This document shows positions 38,129 to 46,143 of a stretch of DNA of 64,000 nt, piece after piece. The stretch covers positions 3,033-67,032 of the forward strand of contig CAYRGQ010000008.1 of the NCBI GenBank assembly GCA_964423925.1, in the 5' to 3' direction. The stretch comes from an uncultured Sphingobacteriaceae bacterium (lineage in GTDB: Bacteria; Bacteroidota; Bacteroidia; Sphingobacteriales; Sphingobacteriaceae). Under the pieces are notes generated by a model. That model made no database searches and was not told the origin of the DNA. It saw only the letters and a list, made by a program, of their open reading frames with translations. Position 1 is the stretch's first letter. Each line of letters starts with the position of its first letter. Position numbers and translations under genes: made by a program.

Positions 38129-39787
38129 CTAGGCCAAAAGCCGGACCGGCTCTTCGAGCAAATTTTTGAGTGTTTGCAGGAATGCAGCGCCTGAAGCGCC
38201 GTCCACGGAACGGTGGTCACAGCTCAGGGTCAATTTCATGACATTGCCTGGAACTACGGCGCCGTTTTTGACGACGGGAACTTGCTGTATTCCGCCAACA
38301 GCCAAAATACAAGAATCCGGAGAGTTGATAATCGCCGTAAATTGGTCTATGCCAAACATGCCCAAGTTGGACACCGTGAAGGTAGAACCCTCCCAGTCGG
38401 CAGGCTGTAGTTTCTTATTCTTGGCGCGTTGCGCAAAGTCTTTCACTTCCGCGGATATGTGCGACAAGCTCTTGCCGTCTGCAAAACGCACCACGGGTAC
38501 CAAGAGTCCGTCCTCGACGGCTACCGCCACCCCAATATTTACATGCTCGTTATACCGAATCTTGTCACCTTGCCATGACGAGTTTACGGTCGGGTGCTGC
38601 TTGAGGGCTACTGCGACAGCCTTAATCACCAGGTCGTTAAACGATACTTTAACGGGAGCCACTTCGTTAATCTTGGCACGCGCCTCGATAGCGCTATCCA
38701 TATCGACTTTAATGGTCAAATAGAAGTGAGGAGCCGTGAACAAACTTTCTGACAACCTACGGGCGATGGTCTTGCGCATTTGCGAAACCGGTTTATCGGT
38801 ATAGCGCTCTTCACCCACAAACTGCGGAATAACCACAGTTTCCTTCGCGGGGGCCTGGCCTTGCTGGGCAGCGGTGTCCGCCGCAGGCGCTGCGGCTACG
38901 GGCTTAAAGGATTCCACGTCCTTCTTTACAATACGGCCACCGTCGGCCGAGCCTTTTACTTCACGCAGGTCGATCCCTTTGTCTTGGGCGATACGGCGTG
39001 CCAGCGGAGAGGCTTTGACGCGTGCGTCATCGGATTCGGCAGGCGCGGCTTCAGTTGTTTTGGCGGCCGTCTCCGTTTTTGCTGGAGCTGGCGCCGAGGC
39101 CTTGTCTCCCGCCTTAGCCGAACCTTTCTTTGATTTCTGTTTCAGCAGGGGCGTCACGTCGGTGCCTTCCTTGCCCACGATAGCGATAATGTCGTTCACC
39201 TTGGCGGCTTGACCTTTTTCCACGCCGATGTGTAGCAAGGTGCCGTCGGCATACGCCGTCACTTCCATGGTGGCTTTGTCGGTTTCGACGTCAGCAATAG
39301 CGTCGTCGCTCTTGATGGTGTCACCGACCTTGAAATGCCATTCAGCGATCACGCCCTCGGTCATGGTATCACTTAGCAAGGGCATAGTTATAACCGTAGC
39401 CCCTAAGGACTCGGCGGTAACCTCTTCCTCGCCTTCATCCGCTCCTTCTGCGTCGCTATCCGCGTTAGCGCTCGAATCCGCTTCCTGACCGGAAGTATCT
39501 TCGCCAGCACCGGATGATTCGGCATCAAGCAGGCTTTGGTAGTCTTCGCCTTCCTCGCCTAATACGGCAATAACCGCGTTAACCGGGATTGCGTCCCCCT
39601 CGCCAGGTCCGATATAGAGCAAGGTTCCTTCCTGATAGGACTCGAAATCCATCGTGGCCTTGTCGGTCTCCACCTCTGCGATCAAGTCGCCTGAACTTAC
39701 TTTATCTCCTACTTTTTTGTGCCACTTAGCGATGACCCCTTCGGTCATGGTATCGCTCATCTTCGGCATTCTTACTACTTCAGCCAT
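38129..39787 (-). CDS. pdhC: Pyruvate dehydrogenase E2 dihydrolipoyllysine acetyltransferase (two lipoyl domains)
   Basis: Two ETDKATM lipoyl-lysine motifs, an E3/E1-binding domain (ASPLARRIAQDKGIDL), catalytic DHRSVDG. Confidence 0.93.
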   Translation of the reverse strand: MAEVVRMPKMSDTMTEGVIAKWHKKVGDKVSSGDLIAEVETDKATMDFESYQEGTLLYIGPGEGDAIPVNAVIAVLGEEGEDYQSLLDAESSGAGEDTSGQEADSSANADSDAEGADEGEEEVTAESLGATVITMPLLSDTMTEGVIAEWHFKVGDTIKSDDAIADVETDKATMEVTAYADGTLLHIGVEKGQAAKVNDIIAIVGKEGTDVTPLLKQKSKKGSAKAGDKASAPAPAKTETAAKTTEAAPAESDDARVKASPLARRIAQDKGIDLREVKGSADGGRIVKKDVESFKPVAAAPAADTAAQQGQAPAKETVVIPQFVGEERYTDKPVSQMRKTIARRLSESLFTAPHFYLTIKVDMDSAIEARAKINEVAPVKVSFNDLVIKAVAVALKQHPTVNSSWQGDKIRYNEHVNIGVAVAVEDGLLVPVVRFADGKSLSHISAEVKDFAQRAKNKKLQPADWEGSTFTVSNLGMFGIDQFTAIINSPDSCILAVGGIQQVPVVKNGAVVPGNVMKLTLSCDHRSVDGASGAAFLQTLKNLLEEPVRLLA

Positions 39788-39838
39788 TATCGTATCGTTA
39801 TCTTTCGTTAACTATATCCAAATACCTCAACCGCTAAC

Positions 39839-40834
39839 TTAATCTACCACAAAGGGGTAGTTCTCCTCTACGTATACATCCTCGTACAGCTCGAATGCCT
39901 CGGGATAAGGTGACTCCTCGGCAAATTTCACGGATTCGTCAACAATCCGTTTCACTTCTTCACCGACTTCTTCAAACCATTTCTCGTCTGCGTATTTCTT
40001 TTCGATAATCGCGGCTTTGGTTGTGATGATCGGGTCGCGTCCTTTATACTCTTCAAGCTCTTCCTTGGTGCGGTATTTGGCCGGGTCAGACATCGAGTGG
40101 CCTTTGTAACGGTATGTCCGCATCTCGAGGAAAGTGGGTCCCTCACCGTTTCTCGCCCGTTGCACCGCCTCGTCCATTGCGTTGTGTACTGCCACAACGT
40201 CCATGCCGTCGACGGGGGCACTCGGCATGTCGAACCCTAATCCCATCTTGTATATCTCGGTCATGTTCGTTGTCCGCGCCACCGATGTTCCCATGGCGTA
40301 GCCGTTGTTTTCGCACACGAAGATTACGGGTAGCTTCCACAGCATCGCCATGTTGAGAGTCTCGTTAAACGCTCCCTGGCGGACTGCACCATCACCCATA
40401 TAACAAACGTTCACATTGTCGGTGCCATTATATTTTTCGGCAAAAGCGATGCCCGCACCCAATGGAATCTGTCCCCCTACGATACCGTGGCCTCCCATAA
40501 ACTTATGCTCCTTGCTGAAAAAGTGCATCGAGCCTCCCTTTCCTTTCGAGCATCCAGTCACTTTGCCAAACATCTCAGCCATCGCTTCGTTCGGGCTCAT
40601 ACCTTTTGCGATAGCGTGGGCGTGATCGCGGTAAGCCGTAATCATGGAGTCCTCGGGGCGCAGTACGGACATTGCCCCGGCAACTACGGCCTCCTGGCCA
40701 ATATATAAATGGCAAAATCCCCGGATTTTTTGCTGACCGTACAGTTGCCCGGCCTTCTCTTCAAACTTACGCATGAGTAGCATGGATCTGTACCACTCCA
40801 AATAGGTTTCTTTCGTTATGGGTGTCGCGCTCAT
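39839..40834 (-). CDS. pdhA: Pyruvate dehydrogenase E1 alpha subunit
   Basis: TPP-binding GDGAVRQGAFNETLNMA. 331 aa. Directly upstream of E2. Confidence 0.93.
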   Translation of the reverse strand: MSATPITKETYLEWYRSMLLMRKFEEKAGQLYGQQKIRGFCHLYIGQEAVVAGAMSVLRPEDSMITAYRDHAHAIAKGMSPNEAMAEMFGKVTGCSKGKGGSMHFFSKEHKFMGGHGIVGGQIPLGAGIAFAEKYNGTDNVNVCYMGDGAVRQGAFNETLNMAMLWKLPVIFVCENNGYAMGTSVARTTNMTEIYKMGLGFDMPSAPVDGMDVVAVHNAMDEAVQRARNGEGPTFLEMRTYRYKGHSMSDPAKYRTKEELEEYKGRDPIITTKAAIIEKKYADEKWFEEVGEEVKRIVDESVKFAEESPYPEAFELYEDVYVEENYPFVVD

Positions 40835-40865
40835 TTTCTTCTGTGGATTAAACTTTTTCGGAAGG

Positions 40866-40873
40866 CAAAGCTA
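40866..40873 (-). promoter_or_regulatory. Candidate -7 box (TAGCTTTG on minus strand) for pdhA-E2
   Basis: Exact TAnnTTTG match, 32 nt upstream of ATG 40834. Confidence 0.35.
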
Positions 40874-41060
40874 ATCAATTGTGGCGAATAAAGATAGACT
40901 AGCCCGAAATTATTCCCCGCTTTGACACAGCTCTGATGATGTAAAGCTATGCGTGCTGAGCCGTAAGTCCTCGTACAGCTTCCGGCCTACCTGCCCGTAC
41001 GCCCATCGGGGCATCACGCGAAAAGCCGCGGGCTAATCGCTGGTGCCACGGGAGACGCGC

Positions 41061-41930
41061 CTATTGGCGAATAACGGGTTCCACCGTGTATCCGGCCCGC
41101 CTTAGCAAGCTAACCACGCCAGTCTCGCCGGCAAGGTGCGCTGCGCCTACAGCAAAAAAGGTTGGTTTCTCCTTCATGGCATCCACCATGATGGGGAGCC
41201 ATTGCGCATTGCGCTCGCCGAGCAGCACATCCGAATATGCCTGCAGCGAGGGGTCCGCTTCCGTCAACGCCAGCATTTCGTCAATGTCCTCCGTTTTGTA
41301 AAGGGACAGCAACTGCGCCATCGCCTGCTTGACACTGTCTTGCTTGAATAGCAGTTCCTCGAATTGCTTGGCCTGCACACGATAGGGGATTCTGTCGAAC
41401 ACCTCCATCTGCCGCGCGACGGTTTCCAGACCCTTTACTTGTACTTGATCGGTATCTATTGCCTCCATCAGGGCCACTTCCACGCCCGTGAGCTCGCAAT
41501 CAAGCACGGAAGGCAGTAGCATCGACACAAAAAGCAGCGGTTTCAAACGTTGCAAGAAGGCGAGCGGCTGGCCCGTAGTCTCTAGGAATGCCTGCGATAT
41601 CCGCTCGAAACGTTCTTGGGTATAGAGTTGCGAGAGCGTGGTGTCGTTTTTCATCAACGCGTGCTGTAAGAGTTGACCTTGGAGTTGCGGATCCGAGAGA
41701 TCGATTTCCAAGTAAACCTGTTCGGCTTGGGATAGCTTCTCCTGCAAAACACCCTCTACCGAAAAGTCAGCCGCGCATAGGACATGAAATGTCCCGAAGA
41801 TGTGTGACGGGGAAATGAGGTCTCCACCAGAAACTTCCCAAAGTAAGGCACGTTCTGCAGGGGCCTTTCCAGCAGCGGGGTTGAGGGCGCAAACAATTAA
41901 CGCGAGTAAAGAAAAAAATTTGTTGTGCAT
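41061..41930 (-). CDS. TraB/GumN-family protein (secreted)
   Basis: LLWEVSG...HIFGTFHV and FFAVGAAHLAGETG motifs. ATG 41930 gives a signal peptide; a GTG at 41954 is the alternative start. Confidence 0.85.
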   Translation of the reverse strand: MHNKFFSLLALIVCALNPAAGKAPAERALLWEVSGGDLISPSHIFGTFHVLCAADFSVEGVLQEKLSQAEQVYLEIDLSDPQLQGQLLQHALMKNDTTLSQLYTQERFERISQAFLETTGQPLAFLQRLKPLLFVSMLLPSVLDCELTGVEVALMEAIDTDQVQVKGLETVARQMEVFDRIPYRVQAKQFEELLFKQDSVKQAMAQLLSLYKTEDIDEMLALTEADPSLQAYSDVLLGERNAQWLPIMVDAMKEKPTFFAVGAAHLAGETGVVSLLRRAGYTVEPVIRQ

Positions 41931-42140
41931 GACTGTCGGACTTTTGAATTTCACTAAATATTAAACGTCAATTTCGCTTCGGTGTTACATGGCTTTTCGA
42001 CCCGCTGTCATTCAGGACGATATCACCGAGTGTCGGCGAAGCATACCACTTCGAACCGCTTCGAGCACCAAAAACGGAACCTTTTGCTCCCCCTCAATAC
42101 GACAACACGCGGAAAAACCGATGAAAATCTTGTCAACAGC

Positions 42141-42670
42141 CTTGTAGTCGACTTGTAGTTATCCGGCCCCTCCCTTCGTTATCCTCCCTGCCAAAAGGGT
42201 GTTAACGATGGGTGAAACCCCTCGGTTTTACGCGGTTGATTTTATCAAATCAGAAAACCCAATACTAGGATTAATTAATCATCTAAACACGACAAAAATC
42301 ACTGAAGTTGGAAATTTCAATGTAAATAAGCTGTAGTACACATGTCATACGCGGATTTTTTTAACAAAATCAATATAAACAATTAGCCTTTTCAACACGA
42401 CAGAAAAGCACGCCTGCAGTGACCTAATTTGTCGTTCCCTAGTGATGAAACAACTATCATTTTTTCTTCTGTGTTAAAACCCACCTAAACCATTTTATAT
42501 ATCTGTCAACCAGTCTGTTATAACTCGTGTAGTACCCATGTAACCCCTAAATATTTCTCTGTGGTTAATTCCGTGCCGACCTTTGTCATGTCAACAAAGC
42601 GAAAGCAAACGATGAAACTGTCAAACCAAATGTTACCCACACAACCCGCACAACTACACAAGAATGTAGT
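42141..42670 (+). repeat. Five same-strand copies of TGTAGT in a long non-coding gap
   Basis: CTTGTAGT at 42141-42148 and 42152-42159 (11-nt phase). TGTAGTACACATGT at 42332-42345 and TGTAGTACCCATGT at 42528-42541 (13/14 identical). TGTAGT at 42665-42670. Confidence 0.6.
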
Positions 42671-42776
42671 CAAGCACGCGAAGCCAGTTCTTTCAACGGG
42701 GGTTACAAAAGAAACGGCTCGGGGGAACGACAAGTTGGAGACAAAAAAATCAAGCACTCGCGCAAAACAACAATCG

Positions 42777-43247
42777 ATGAAATCTGTCAACGAACACAAA
42801 AACATCGCCATCATCGGCATGCAACCAGTGGCCTGCATCGGCATAGAAGCACTACTCAAAACCGAACTGGACCTGCAAGCAACAATTTGGCCTTTCCAAA
42901 GCGCAGCCGCTATGAACGGTCGCAGCAGTAACGTAGATTTAGTAATCAGCGAGTTGAACGGTTCAGGCGCCCTAGGCATAGAAAAGCAGTTCGAAATCGC
43001 TCGGAACATTTGCGGAGCAGACACATCCGTACTCATCCTCTCCGAAAAAGACGAAATGTCGTTCGGTCCCATGTGCATAGCTGCGGGCGCTCAGGGATTC
43101 GTCAGCAAATCCGCATCCTTGGAAATCATAACCCAAGCGATTGAAACTGTGCTGGCCGGCAAACGCTACATCGGCCCTGAACTAGCAAACAGCCCCTGGA
43201 TCGAGGAAGAGATCGCAGGCTTAGAACGTCATCTTATATACCCCTAG
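42777..43247 (+). CDS. Stand-alone NarL-like receiver domain with Glu at the phosphoacceptor position (pseudo-receiver), no output domain
   Basis: Matches NarL-type REC by eye: DLVISELN (E59 in place of D), GM in place of the DD pair, Ser89 and Lys111 retained. I prefer ATG 42777; the 42561/42588 extension is K/T/Q-rich with atypical A-ending codons. Confidence 0.65.
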   Translation: MKSVNEHKNIAIIGMQPVACIGIEALLKTELDLQATIWPFQSAAAMNGRSSNVDLVISELNGSGALGIEKQFEIARNICGADTSVLILSEKDEMSFGPMCIAAGAQGFVSKSASLEIITQAIETVLAGKRYIGPELANSPWIEEEIAGLERHLIYP

Positions 43248-43376
43248 CGCCGGACACCCCTTGCCGGCCAAGAACAACAGGTTGATCCAAAAAAATTCTT
43301 ACACAAAAGAAAAAAACCAACCCTCCGAAGCGCTCCCCCTAGCGCCACTGGCAGGAACCTAAAAAACCACCAAAAA

Positions 43377-44885
43377 ATGAAAATTTTCCAGTCCAAAAAA
43401 ACTGGATTGTCAAGAAGAATCTTGGTAATCTCAGCGCTAGCTCTGCCCTTTTTCTATCAGTGCACCAAGGATGACAGCCTGGCGATTCAGCCGGAACGTC
43501 CTGCAACAACCACAGAATTCGCAGCTGCCAAATCCGATACGCAGGTCGCTATGATCAAGCTCGAAGCGAGCGAACCTTACATCACCGCCAACGGAAAAGA
43601 CACCGTCGAACTGCGCCCTGTAGCGCTTAACAAACACGGGATTCGCGTCGACACCGCGGGATTTGAGATTTTTCACAACGACAAGAAGATTGACGCACAG
43701 AATTTCGTAACCTTTGACGTCGGCAAACACGCGTTCGTAGCGCGGCTCGGCCAGTACGCTTCAGAACCCGTCACCGTCGAAGCGCTCAAGGACTCTAACG
43801 CCGACCTATCCGTTGCACGAATCGAGGTTACCGCTTCTACGCAAGTGTTGGTTGCCAACGGAAAATCAACGACAACCTTCGAGGTAGCCTGCTTCACGAC
43901 TGACGGTCGCGCCATCGGCACTCAAGAAGGCGAGAAAATCTACGTCAACGGAAAAGCCCTGCAAGGCTCACAGTTCACCACGACAACGGCAGGCGACCAC
44001 CGCGTCGTAGCCAAAGTTGGCGACATCACCTCAAACGAAATTATTATCACAGCGCGCCCCGACAAGGCTTACGAAATCGTGACCATTCCCGTCGTATTCC
44101 ACATCGGCCACTTTGGTGAGGCACCAGGCACGGGCGCCAACATCCCCGCCAGCATGGTTCAAGATCTTTTGGATGCCCTTAACCGCGGTTACGGCAACCA
44201 GTTTGGATCAACCAACCCCAACGCCGTGGACATGCGCGTACGCTTCCGCCTGGCGCAAACTGACGCAGCCGGCAAGCCACTTGCCGAAAAAGGTATCGTG
44301 CGTACGAACGTCACGAAATATGACACGGGCCTCGGCAACAACACCGCCGGCAATAGCCAATTGGGACTGACCGAATGGCGCGCTTGGCAAGACGAGGAAT
44401 ATTTGGATCCCAAATCGTTCTACAACATTTGGCTTTACCCTGCAGAAGAATCGTGGGCGGGCCTTGCCAACTATCCTTCTATCAGCTTGAACAATCCCTT
44501 GGCGGGCATCACGGGATTCGAACCCGGCCGTCGCTCCTACTATGTGAACACGGAATTCAACTTCCCTGCACCACGCATCAACACCAAGCACCGCGCCGGC
44601 ATCACGACCACGCTTGTCCACGAAGTTGGCCACACGTTCGGATTGCGCCACACGTTTTCGGACAACAACTGCGCGACGTCTGACTATTGCGAGGATACTT
44701 ATTCATACAACTACCCGAATGTAAACGACGCGTGCGCCGACAATAAAGGTTCAAAAACCCCTAACGAAAACTTCATGGACTACAACGGATCACGCAACAC
44801 GTTCACCTACGATCAACGCGAGCGCGTACGCCACACGATCCAACACGCCTTGTGGTTCCCTGAATTGATTAAATCAAAGAAATAG
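43377..44885 (+). CDS. Lipoprotein with two Ig-like repeats and a C-terminal M43 (pappalysin/cytophagalysin-type) zinc metalloprotease domain
   Basis: Signal peptide with a cysteine (LPFFYQC) read as a lipoprotein signal. Metzincin motif HEVGHTFGLRH. Cys-rich C-terminal region typical of M43B. Confidence 0.8.
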   Translation: MKIFQSKKTGLSRRILVISALALPFFYQCTKDDSLAIQPERPATTTEFAAAKSDTQVAMIKLEASEPYITANGKDTVELRPVALNKHGIRVDTAGFEIFHNDKKIDAQNFVTFDVGKHAFVARLGQYASEPVTVEALKDSNADLSVARIEVTASTQVLVANGKSTTTFEVACFTTDGRAIGTQEGEKIYVNGKALQGSQFTTTTAGDHRVVAKVGDITSNEIIITARPDKAYEIVTIPVVFHIGHFGEAPGTGANIPASMVQDLLDALNRGYGNQFGSTNPNAVDMRVRFRLAQTDAAGKPLAEKGIVRTNVTKYDTGLGNNTAGNSQLGLTEWRAWQDEEYLDPKSFYNIWLYPAEESWAGLANYPSISLNNPLAGITGFEPGRRSYYVNTEFNFPAPRINTKHRAGITTTLVHEVGHTFGLRHTFSDNNCATSDYCEDTYSYNYPNVNDACADNKGSKTPNENFMDYNGSRNTFTYDQRERVRHTIQHALWFPELIKSKK

Positions 44886-44905
44886 CCAAGATATCGCCCG
44901 CCATG

Positions 44906-44930
44906 ACCATGGCTTGACACCCATGGTTTT
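44906..44930 (+). terminator. Possible intrinsic terminator after the M43 gene
   Basis: CCATGG-cttgacac-CCATGG hairpin followed by TTTT. Confidence 0.4.
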
Positions 44931-45126
44931 GACAGGTGGCAAACCGGGGGCTCGGACAGGCATATACCCCACATGCCCGCTCCGCATCCCCGTTTGCTAT
45001 TAAGTGGATAGAAGCTGCTATATCGGGCCCGCGTCAGCTATATCGTTTTCGATGATTTACGGTGCCTTCCTTTCGTCTTGTCGTTATAAATCCCTATTTT
45101 CGATTAGCAAACAACCAAAACATATA

Positions 45127-46143
45127 ATGCGTCGACCACTCATCACCATCTTGAATTCCAGTACCTTTGGCAAGCACTTCACCGCACATCTCGAAACGTT
45201 GGCGGCCTTTGCGGACATACGCCACCTTACCGTCCCGGCGGATATCGACGGAGCTGCGTTGGCGGCAGAGCTGAAGGATACGGACGGGATCATTGCTAGC
45301 GTCACGCCCAAGATTCCCCGAGAGACGCTCGAACAGTGCCCAAACCTGGTCCTACTGGTACGGCATGGCATTGGCTGCGATAACGTCGATTTAGAAGCCG
45401 CCACCGAGCTTGGCATCCTTGTATCGCGCGTAGAGGGCATCGTCGAAAGAGAAGCCGTGGCCGAATATGCGGTGGCGCTGTTGATGGCAGGCAGCAGGTA
45501 CCTGGCCCAAGGATCTCGCGCCGTCCGGACCAGCGCGTGGGATACTCGTTCGACCATGATCGGGATGGAAATCAAGGGCAAAACCATTGGCATTATCGGG
45601 CTGGGCAATATTGGCTCCCGTAGCGCTGAGATTCTTTCCAAAGGTTTTGGTGCGCGTGTCATCGCTTCAGACCCCTACATACCCAAGGAACGCTTTGCCC
45701 AATTTGGTGCCGAGGAGGCGCCCCTGCCCGACTTGATACAACAATCGAACGCCATCCTCTTCCACTGCCCCCTGACTGACGAAACACGCCGCATGCTAGG
45801 CGTTGCCGAGTTTGCCAGCATGCAGCCCGGCGCCGTGTTGGTGAATACCTGCCGTGGCGAATTGGTTGATGAGGATGCGCTCTACGCCGCCTTGCAAAAC
45901 GGCCCGTTAGGTGCCTACGCTACCGACGTGGTCGAAGGCGAACCCATCGACGGGAACCACCGCCTGGCCCAACTGGACAACGTATTGATTACCCCGCATC
46001 TCGGCGGATATAGCTGGGAATCGCTGCACGGTATGGGACAAACCTGCGTGGATGATTCCGTGGCCGTATTCCAGAAAGGTGGTCTGCCAGGCGAAATCGC
46101 GAACCCCAAGGTGTTGGACAAACCCTATCGCAAATGGCATTAG
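45127..46143 (+). CDS. D-isomer-specific 2-hydroxyacid dehydrogenase (PGDH/glycerate-DH-like)
   Basis: GIIGLGNIGS NAD motif, NTCRGELVD, TPHLGG. I prefer ATG 45127 (MRRPLITILN). Confidence 0.85.
   Translation: MRRPLITILNSSTFGKHFTAHLETLAAFADIRHLTVPADIDGAALAAELKDTDGIIASVTPKIPRETLEQCPNLVLLVRHGIGCDNVDLEAATELGILVSRVEGIVEREAVAEYAVALLMAGSRYLAQGSRAVRTSAWDTRSTMIGMEIKGKTIGIIGLGNIGSRSAEILSKGFGARVIASDPYIPKERFAQFGAEEAPLPDLIQQSNAILFHCPLTDETRRMLGVAEFASMQPGAVLVNTCRGELVDEDALYAALQNGPLGAYATDVVEGEPIDGNHRLAQLDNVLITPHLGGYSWESLHGMGQTCVDDSVAVFQKGGLPGEIANPKVLDKPYRKWH

Noticed and set aside
38129-39787. An internal ~230-nt direct duplication within the E2 gene.
   Set aside because: It corresponds to the two tandem lipoyl domains that are normal for PDH E2 proteins. 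It is not a mobile or repeat element.
41989-42336. Two short ATG ORFs in the long gap: 41989-42147 (52 aa) and 42208-42336 (42 aa).
   Set aside because: They have no recognisable family, signal peptide or TM segment, and no upstream -7 box. Both end in the TAG embedded in the TGTAGT motif, which may be coincidental. I kept them only as part of the non-coding-gap finding.
45004-45126. N-terminal extensions offered by the ORF track, here and at 21816-22013, 33043-33147, 54268..55146 (extension 55093-55146), 60328-60420, 62725-62838 and 42561-42776.
   Set aside because: The extensions overlap promoters, terminators or neighbouring genes, or begin at non-ATG codons, and they translate to non-protein-like sequence. 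The internal ATGs give the canonical N-termini of the respective families.
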